Part shown: in pieces, positions 57,927 to 64,000 of the stretch
Position numbering within the stretch: the first letter of the stretch is position 1
How the letters are laid out: each line of letters starts with the position of its first letter
DNA from: an uncultured Staphylococcaceae bacterium
GTDB lineage: Bacteria; Bacillota_I; Bacilli_A; RFN20; CAG-826
DNA length: 64,000 bases
Assembly (NCBI GenBank): GCA_964639215.1
Contig: CAZXCV010000006.1
Location: forward strand, 410-64,409
Direction: 5' to 3'
Translations under genes and position numbers: made by a program
The notes under the pieces: generated by a model
The model's input: only the letters and a program-made list of their open reading frames with translations
Databases searched by the model: none
Told to the model about the DNA's origin: nothing

Positions 57927-60009
57927 GATGTAATCGCTCCAATAAATATTCAGGTGTTGCGGGAATTCGATTAATTGGTTGCCCTATTGCTTGTTCAATC
58001 GCTAAGGCAACGGCTGGTGCACCACCGACCAATGTTAATTCACCAACACCTTTAGCACCATAAGGACCAAGAGCAAATGGATTTTCGAATAAGACCGTTT
58101 CTGTCCTTGGCATATCAAGTGTTGTCGGAATGATATAATCGGTGAAATTTTTCTGTTTTAATTTCCCGTGAACTTGTTCCATTACTTCCAAGTAACCATA
58201 AGCCACGCCTTGAGCGATGCCACCGTCAGCTTGACCGATGACGATGCGTTCATCAATTGCTTTCCCAACATCATAGACACTCCAAATTCCTTCTAGCTTC
58301 ACTTGATAAGTGATTGGTGAAACACTTACTTCGACGACATTCACACCCCAAGAATAGGCAGGATATGCATCACCTTGAAGTTTCTCTTCGTCCCATTTTA
58401 TATAAGTTGGTTGGACATATTGTTCGATCACATCTTGACTTTCGCCGCTTCTCCACGTGTCTTTTAGCCGCTTGGCAGCGCGTGCTAGTAGGCCACCGAC
58501 AATCATCATTGTTCGTGAAGCGACAGTTGGTCCTGAATCAGGAACATTATCAGTGTCTGGATAGTCATAGATGACGTTATCATCAGGAATGCCAAGCGTC
58601 ATACTGACAACGCGCTTAAGCGCCGTCCGACATCCTTGTCCCATGTCGACCGCGGCTACAAGGACGTAAACCTTATCATTTTCATCTTTATGCAATTTAA
58701 CGCGAGATTTGATCGTCGTGCTTTCACCACTGCCAGTGAATCCACAACCATGCAGGAAAAAACTCATACCAATGCCACGGAATTGTGATTGGTCATAAGC
58801 TCGATGTTTTTCATCGAAATTTGCCATTTGTTTCGCTTTATTGATCATATCTTCCATAATGATGGGGTCCCGGAAAATACCATTGGTTGATGTCTGATCA
58901 TTTTGTTTTGCAAGATGAAAATGGCGGAATGAAAACACATCAATCCCTAATTTTTTAGGAATATGCGTCATCATCATTTCAATTGCAAATATCATCTGCG
59001 GCGCTCCAAAACCACGGAAAGCTCCGGTTGGCACCGTATTTGTTAGATACACATCACCATGAGCAAAAACCGTGGGAATCGTGTATGCACCAGTCATGGC
59101 AATCATCGCTCGTGATAAAACAACACCACTAAGTCCAATGTATGCACCACCATCAATCTTAACGGTGGCTTTCATGCCAATTACATGATTATTATCATCT
59201 AAGGCCGCAATCAAAGTAATGCTTGAAGGATGGCGTTTTGTTGTGACCAGCATATCTTCTTCACGCTCAAAAATCAGTTTTATTGGTCGTTTTATTTTAA
59301 CGATAGCCGTTGCTAATTGGCAGGCGATTGTTGAAGGAAATTCCTCTTTGCCACCAAAAGCACCGCCAACCGCAGGCTGGATAATACGCACCTGATCATC
59401 TTGGTATCCAAGACAATTGAGAACGGCATTTTTTACATAATAAGGGCATTGAATTGATCCGATTAAAGTAATTTTATTATCGCTTTCAGGATAACCGATC
59501 ATCCCTTGGGGTTCGATGTAAGCTTGCTCTTGATAACCGGTTTCAAATGTTTCGGTCACGATGTGCTTGGCACTATTAAAAGCGGTCTCGTAATCACCTT
59601 TTTGAAATTGTTTATGGACAACCGGATTATTAAAACCAAACGTTGGTGTGCTTTCTTCATATGTAATTATTACTTGATCGATGATTTCATCAATCTTGCT
59701 TCGATCTGGTCCAACCACTAGCATGATTGGCTCACCAATATAGTTTACTTCATCAACGGCAAAAACGGGCCAGTCTTTAAAAATCATTTTAACGTAGTTT
59801 TCACCGATAATATCGTGATGATCAACGACATAATAACCCGGTTCAAGTGCGGGAATTTTTATGGATTTGATGAGTCCATGTGCAATTTTTGAGCGAATTG
59901 TTTTGGCATATAACATTCCCTCAATCTGAATATCAGAAACATACTGAGCGGTGCCTGAGCACTTCTCATCATGGTCAATTTTGGGTGTTGATTTTGATTT
60001 ATCGAACAT
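57919..60009 (-). CDS. Molybdopterin-binding subunit of a xanthine-dehydrogenase-family hydroxylase
   Basis: 696 aa. Ald_Xan_dh a/b hammerhead and MoCo domains (GGAFGGKE, AFRGFG). Confidence 0.8.
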   Translation of the reverse strand: MFDKSKSTPKIDHDEKCSGTAQYVSDIQIEGMLYAKTIRSKIAHGLIKSIKIPALEPGYYVVDHHDIIGENYVKMIFKDWPVFAVDEVNYIGEPIMLVVGPDRSKIDEIIDQVIITYEESTPTFGFNNPVVHKQFQKGDYETAFNSAKHIVTETFETGYQEQAYIEPQGMIGYPESDNKITLIGSIQCPYYVKNAVLNCLGYQDDQVRIIQPAVGGAFGGKEEFPSTIACQLATAIVKIKRPIKLIFEREEDMLVTTKRHPSSITLIAALDDNNHVIGMKATVKIDGGAYIGLSGVVLSRAMIAMTGAYTIPTVFAHGDVYLTNTVPTGAFRGFGAPQMIFAIEMMMTHIPKKLGIDVFSFRHFHLAKQNDQTSTNGIFRDPIIMEDMINKAKQMANFDEKHRAYDQSQFRGIGMSFFLHGCGFTGSGESTTIKSRVKLHKDENDKVYVLVAAVDMGQGCRTALKRVVSMTLGIPDDNVIYDYPDTDNVPDSGPTVASRTMMIVGGLLARAAKRLKDTWRSGESQDVIEQYVQPTYIKWDEEKLQGDAYPAYSWGVNVVEVSVSPITYQVKLEGIWSVYDVGKAIDERIVIGQADGGIAQGVAYGYLEVMEQVHGKLKQKNFTDYIIPTTLDMPRTETVLFENPFALGPYGAKGVGELTLVGGAPAVALAIEQAIGQPINRIPATPEYLLERLHHD

Positions 60010-60019
60010 GACTTTCTCC

Positions 60020-61099
60020 TTACGGCATCACAATCGCTTTAGTCGGACACTTGCTAACGCATAGTCCACACTCAAAACATTTATGGGGATCAAACGTGAT
60101 TTGATCTTTCATCTCAATTGCAAAATAAGGACATACTTTGACGCATAACATACAACGAATGCATTTTTCCACGATCAACTCAGGAACATTGGCTTTATAT
60201 TTGACTGGATTGTGGAGCTTTGTATCAATTACTTCTTGGATTGAGCTAAATCCATATTTTGAGAGAGCTTTTGGTAAATCAGCGATGATTTTTGCAAATA
60301 GTTCCTTACCGCGAAGGAGTGCGGCTGATAACATTTGGACCCCACTGGCTCCCGCAAGGAGAAATTCGAGGACATCATCCGCGGAAGCGATACCACCAAC
60401 TCCAATGACTGTCAATGAAGGTTCGGCTTGTTTAATCGTATACACGGCGGCAAGTGCTAAATGCTTAATCACAGGTCCGCTCGTCCAAACAAACCCTTTG
60501 TCATTCCCATACTCGACGGCGCGTTTAGCAAGATTAATTTTCATTGTGGGACCCAGTGAATTAATCGCAACAACGCCATTAGCGCCATGTTCCTTAATCG
60601 TGTGGGCAAATAAATCGGGATGCGGAATGTGGGGACTGATCTTCATGTAAATTGGTTTCTTGGTATGTTTACGAATCGTCGCGACCGTCGCTCCAACTAC
60701 CGTTAAATCCGTACCAACATAATGCGTTGACACCTCAAATGCGTCGGCAAATGGATCGAGTAACGGTATTAATATTTCCATATCTTCTTTGGTATAACCA
60801 ACGCTGATAATTAGTGGACGTCCATCACTTCTAGCGACAAAATCAGGCAAGAAATGCTCTATCCACATTTCTTTTGGAAATTCACTCCATAGTTCACTAT
60901 TCATCACAAAATCACGATCGCCATAAATGCATGGCTTGGGAATATGAGCATCTTTAGTCGAGATTGTCTTCGACACGATCGCGCCACACCCTTGCTCTTT
61001 TAAAAACAACATTTTTTCAGCGTCACCAACCAGTGGTCCGGCAGCGGGCATCAAAGGATTTTTAAGCGTAAGCCCGTCAAATTTTGTCGTTAGATCCAT
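60020..61099 (-). CDS. Dihydroorotate/dihydropyrimidine dehydrogenase-like flavoprotein with C-terminal 2x[4Fe-4S] (PreA-like)
   Basis: DHO_dh TIM-barrel motifs (NSLGP, GIGGI). C-terminal CIRCMLCVKVCP and CFECGLCVSKCP. Confidence 0.7.
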   Translation of the reverse strand: MDLTTKFDGLTLKNPLMPAAGPLVGDAEKMLFLKEQGCGAIVSKTISTKDAHIPKPCIYGDRDFVMNSELWSEFPKEMWIEHFLPDFVARSDGRPLIISVGYTKEDMEILIPLLDPFADAFEVSTHYVGTDLTVVGATVATIRKHTKKPIYMKISPHIPHPDLFAHTIKEHGANGVVAINSLGPTMKINLAKRAVEYGNDKGFVWTSGPVIKHLALAAVYTIKQAEPSLTVIGVGGIASADDVLEFLLAGASGVQMLSAALLRGKELFAKIIADLPKALSKYGFSSIQEVIDTKLHNPVKYKANVPELIVEKCIRCMLCVKVCPYFAIEMKDQITFDPHKCFECGLCVSKCPTKAIVMP

Positions 61100-61103
61100 A
61101 TTT

Positions 61104-62402
61104 TTACTCCTTAGTTAACTTATTCCAAATCGATTGGGCGATTTTTGGTGTAATGGCAAGTGCTTGTTTAAGTTTTGTGTTCGATAGTTCGCCATCTTTG
61201 ACGAGACGTTGACCACCGCGATATACATCGCTTGGTTTTAACGATGGAAAGATTCCAAAAAATAAGTGACCAAAAGCATTGGTCGTATCCATGGGTGTGG
61301 GTGATTGGTATGGGATGAGCATGAAGTCAGCTTGATAACCACTCATTAACCGACCAAGGTGTACATTAAATCGGCGACTCGCATACTCATAGGTTTCATT
61401 AATTAAGGTTAATAAATGGTTTAACGTGAATGCCGTCGGTGATTGATAGCGGTGATGCATCGCATAATATAGCGCGATGTATTCATTTGCCATCGACCAA
61501 GAAATCCCATCGTTGCCGATGATGACTGGTATTTTTAAATCCATGAATTTCAAAATATCTGGTAGTCCAACGCTATTGTTCATATTTGAAGTAACATTAA
61601 CGGCAATCGTGCAAGCGCGATTTTTAATGATGGCTAACTCCTCATCATCAACATGGATGGCGTGTACTAAGAGACTATCTTGTGTTAACAGCTTAAATTT
61701 ATCGAGACGCTTCACAACTCGAGTGTGATGCTTCATCAGACAATCGTCTACATCATCGTGGCTTTCAGCTACGTGAATGTGAATCGGAACATTATTCAAA
61801 GCGGCACTAACTTTGGTAAGTGTCTCATCGGACAAACTCATTGAAGCATGAAGACCAAAGAGCGCTTGTGTTAGCGAATTATTATTTTGTTCGATGAAAG
61901 AAACATTCTCGTCAATCGAAGTGGCAACATCAAATCTATCGCTAACTTCAAATGCATAAGCCGCGCGAATACCAACTTGGTTTATCGCTTCCTTTAACGT
62001 TGCTAAAGAGTTGGTGATTTGCTTCCCGCTTGCGTGGTGATCAATTATCGTGGTCACGCCATTTTTTAGAAATTCGCTACTCGCAAAAAGAGCGCTATAG
62101 TAATTTGCTTTCTCATCGAGCTCGCGGTCAAGTTTCCACCACATTTGATCGAGGATGTCTTGAAAGTTTTTTGGATTAAATGGCAAGATCAACCCACGGG
62201 CAAATGCTGAATACATGTGCGTATGTCCACAAACAAAACCTGGTAACACCAACTGGTCATTACCATCGATAATTGGTCCTTCAAAGTGCGGAAATTCCGC
62301 CATGGATCCAACTTGGTGAATCAACTCATCAAAAATGATAAAACCATGTTCGATATAATTAACAAAATCGTATAGTTGAACGTTGATTAGTGCGCGTCTC
62401 AA
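61104..62402 (-). CDS. Amidohydrolase, SsnA-like (chlorohydrolase/aminohydrolase)
   Basis: 432 aa. GFVCGHTHMYS metal motif, HVAES. Confidence 0.6.
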   Translation of the reverse strand: MRRALINVQLYDFVNYIEHGFIIFDELIHQVGSMAEFPHFEGPIIDGNDQLVLPGFVCGHTHMYSAFARGLILPFNPKNFQDILDQMWWKLDRELDEKANYYSALFASSEFLKNGVTTIIDHHASGKQITNSLATLKEAINQVGIRAAYAFEVSDRFDVATSIDENVSFIEQNNNSLTQALFGLHASMSLSDETLTKVSAALNNVPIHIHVAESHDDVDDCLMKHHTRVVKRLDKFKLLTQDSLLVHAIHVDDEELAIIKNRACTIAVNVTSNMNNSVGLPDILKFMDLKIPVIIGNDGISWSMANEYIALYYAMHHRYQSPTAFTLNHLLTLINETYEYASRRFNVHLGRLMSGYQADFMLIPYQSPTPMDTTNAFGHLFFGIFPSLKPSDVYRGGQRLVKDGELSNTKLKQALAITPKIAQSIWNKLTKE

Positions 62403-63706
62403 ATTGGTTGTCTCCCTTGGATTAAATGTCCTGTTTCCTCATCGTGTGCTCGATTATCAAGCACGATTATTCCTCTTCGCATTACTAAATTAAAAGTCCC
62501 TGCCGTCAATAATCCCTGATAGATCGTGTGGTCAGTTGCCCCGTGGTGTGCGTTAATCACATGGGCTGGGTCATGTTTAAAGAATGCAAAGTCAGCATCA
62601 TATCCAACTTCAATTTTTCCTTTGCCAACGAGACCCATTAACTTGGCAACATTGCTGCTCATCTTATCAATCAGTTTGTCTTGATAAATTCGATACATCA
62701 GCGCAAATGAAAATTCAATTCCAGCAACACCAAGTGGCATTTCCACTAATCGTAGGGTCTTTTTGTCTTGTTCATTAAATGCACAATGATCAGTTCCGAT
62801 TGTCATGACATAATCTTGATATTGATGTAACAATTCTAGTTCAGTTTGGCTACGTAATGGCGGTGCACACGTGTATAAGTGTCCGTTCGGCTTGAGTAAG
62901 ACGTCGTGGTTAAACAAGAAATACTGCGGACAGCTTTCAATGAAGAAACGCTTGTTGATTAAATGGGGATATTCATTAACCAATGCCTCTAATGTCGCCC
63001 CACTACTAAGGTGAACCATGTATAAATATCCGCCATATCTTTCGACGTATCCCGCGAGTTTGAGCGCTTCGTTGAGTTCGCTTTGTGATGGTCGTGAGGT
63101 TGGTAAATCCCGATAAGTATACTGTTTGTCGAGCTTGATTAAGCCATCATCCTCCACGTGCGCCATCAGCAGAAAATGATATTTATTCGATAATTTTAAT
63201 AGCTCGATGATGTCCTGATCAGATGTACGTCTCCCGCTGTCAGAATATGTCGTGAACAGTTTCAGGGTATACATCCCAAGTTCCATCATTTTAAGAACAT
63301 ACGTTTTAAGGTCGCCATCTGGTTTTTTTATTGTCGCATGAAAATGATAGTCAACGAGGCAGTCTTTTGCCTCTAGCAGTCGTCGATAATAACTTGCTTC
63401 AAGATCCTTGGCATTACTCGTAGGTTCGAGAAAATCAATGACTGACGTAATACCACCATGAAGAGCGGCTAGACTGCCATGATAGAAATCATCACGTGAT
63501 TTAATGAAACCCAAATCAAGTGCAAAATGGACATGTGGGTCAATTAATCCTGGCAAGATATCCATCCCATTCGCGTCAATGATTTCTTTCGCGGGATATT
63601 CAGCGGTACTAATCAGTGCCGTTTTGCCTTGTTTTCCATATATAAAAGCTGTGGTCCATTGACCAGCAACATATGCACGTCCATGTTTGATGACAAAATC
63701 GTACAT
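62399..63706 (-). CDS. Cyclic amidohydrolase (dihydropyrimidinase / D-hydantoinase, HyuA-like)
   Basis: 435 aa. DPHVHF, carboxylated-Lys region, overall DHPase length. RBS AAGGAG. Confidence 0.7.
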   Translation of the reverse strand: MYDFVIKHGRAYVAGQWTTAFIYGKQGKTALISTAEYPAKEIIDANGMDILPGLIDPHVHFALDLGFIKSRDDFYHGSLAALHGGITSVIDFLEPTSNAKDLEASYYRRLLEAKDCLVDYHFHATIKKPDGDLKTYVLKMMELGMYTLKLFTTYSDSGRRTSDQDIIELLKLSNKYHFLLMAHVEDDGLIKLDKQYTYRDLPTSRPSQSELNEALKLAGYVERYGGYLYMVHLSSGATLEALVNEYPHLINKRFFIESCPQYFLFNHDVLLKPNGHLYTCAPPLRSQTELELLHQYQDYVMTIGTDHCAFNEQDKKTLRLVEMPLGVAGIEFSFALMYRIYQDKLIDKMSSNVAKLMGLVGKGKIEVGYDADFAFFKHDPAHVINAHHGATDHTIYQGLLTAGTFNLVMRRGIIVLDNRAHDEETGHLIQGRQPI

Positions 63707-63714
63707 TATGCTCC

Positions 63715-64000
63715 TTATAACTCCATTACATCATAATTTGTGAGTTGATATCGCGAAATAATTAAGGGAACTAAATCACTTCGAGCACTTAAAAATACCT
63801 CGTTCGTCGATTCAACGAGTTGCTTAATAATGCCATCAAAGCCACCACCATTAATTTCAAGCATCCCAACTTCATCAAGATAGATTGGACTGACATTATT
63901 GTCGATGAGTCGCTGTAAATATAAAACCGTACGTTTAAAACGATCATCGTCGTAAACATAAGGACCGATTTTTCCAACTTTGGCAAATTCACCAAAGTAA
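63715..64000 (-). CDS. P-loop NTPase (THEP1/NTPCR-like, possibly YqeC-type accessory protein), 3' fragment; 5' end outside the window
   Basis: Manual translation gives ...YLDEVGMLEINGGGFDGIIKQL..., compared with the THEP1 Walker-B-like IDEIGKMEL. Ends TAA at 63715-63717. Confidence 0.35.
   Translation of the reverse strand, partial: YFGEFAKVGKIGPYVYDDDRFKRTVLYLQRLIDNNVSPIYLDEVGMLEINGGGFDGIIKQLVESTNEVFLSARSDLVPLIISRYQLTNYDVMEL

Noticed and set aside
1-64000. CRISPR arrays, tandem repeats, IS elements or prophage remnants
   Set aside because: No periodic direct repeats with spacers, no transposase or integrase ORFs, and no terminal inverted repeats were seen. Coding density is uniformly high.
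51793-64000. In-frame TGA selenocysteine codons in the hydroxylase operon
   Set aside because: Every ORF is continuous with the standard code. The selenium in this enzyme class is a labile cofactor, not Sec, so none is expected.

Overview
This 64 kb window is densely coded with about 62 protein genes and almost no non-coding space. It looks like chromosomal DNA from a low-GC Firmicutes/Tenericutes-type organism; gene content suggests Erysipelotrichia/Acholeplasma, but that is a guess. The standard genetic code is in use: TGA is a stop codon (for example the oppB stop) and Trp is TGG, so this is not translation table 4. No rRNA or tRNA genes, CRISPR arrays, integrases, transposases or prophage genes were seen.

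Main blocks in order:
- 1-3.5 kb: the 3' part of a trxB/FNR-like reductase, a DUF402 protein, a DUF3137-like membrane protein, a thiT-type ECF S-component with a clear TPP riboswitch and terminator platform upstream, and ung.
- 3.6-13.7 kb: a glycan/lipid block. It has three glycosyltransferases, a TupA-like ATP-grasp protein coupled to a lipoprotein, and a four-gene minus-strand operon of two tandem patatin-like phospholipases, an unknown 320 aa protein and a Wzy-like polytopic membrane protein.
- 13.8-25.4 kb: aldehyde dehydrogenase, a 407 aa PFK (PPi-type family), GH13 alpha-glucosidase, GNAT, MFS, dps, and an NnrD / PlsC-like acyltransferase / TPM / LemA operon.
- 25.4-31.9 kb: oppFDCBA with a perfect hairpin after oppA.
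- 32.6-39.3 kb: htpG and hsp20, each with an identical CIRCE-like operator that overlaps its sigma-A -35 box, separated by an ABC-2 exporter, a GtrA-like protein and a MATE pump.
- 39.4-46.3 kb: a lipoprotein, lplA, and pdhABCD.
- 46.4-49.6 kb: an HxxxDG acyltransferase coupled to a zinc-ribbon membrane protein, with a divergent alpha/beta hydrolase.
- 49.6-51.7 kb: MFS, cupin, and guaD.
- 51.8-64.0 kb: the most notable system. It is a tightly coupled operon of at least 11 genes for anaerobic purine/urate catabolism of the selenium-dependent molybdenum hydroxylase type. It contains a YgeW-like carbamoyltransferase, a YgeY-like M20 hydrolase, two PLP fold-II enzymes, a three-subunit xanthine-dehydrogenase-family hydroxylase, a PreA-like Fe-S flavoenzyme, an SsnA-like amidohydrolase and a hydantoinase. 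A P-loop NTPase fragment sits at the window edge.

All functional calls come from motif and architecture recognition by eye. No database search was run.
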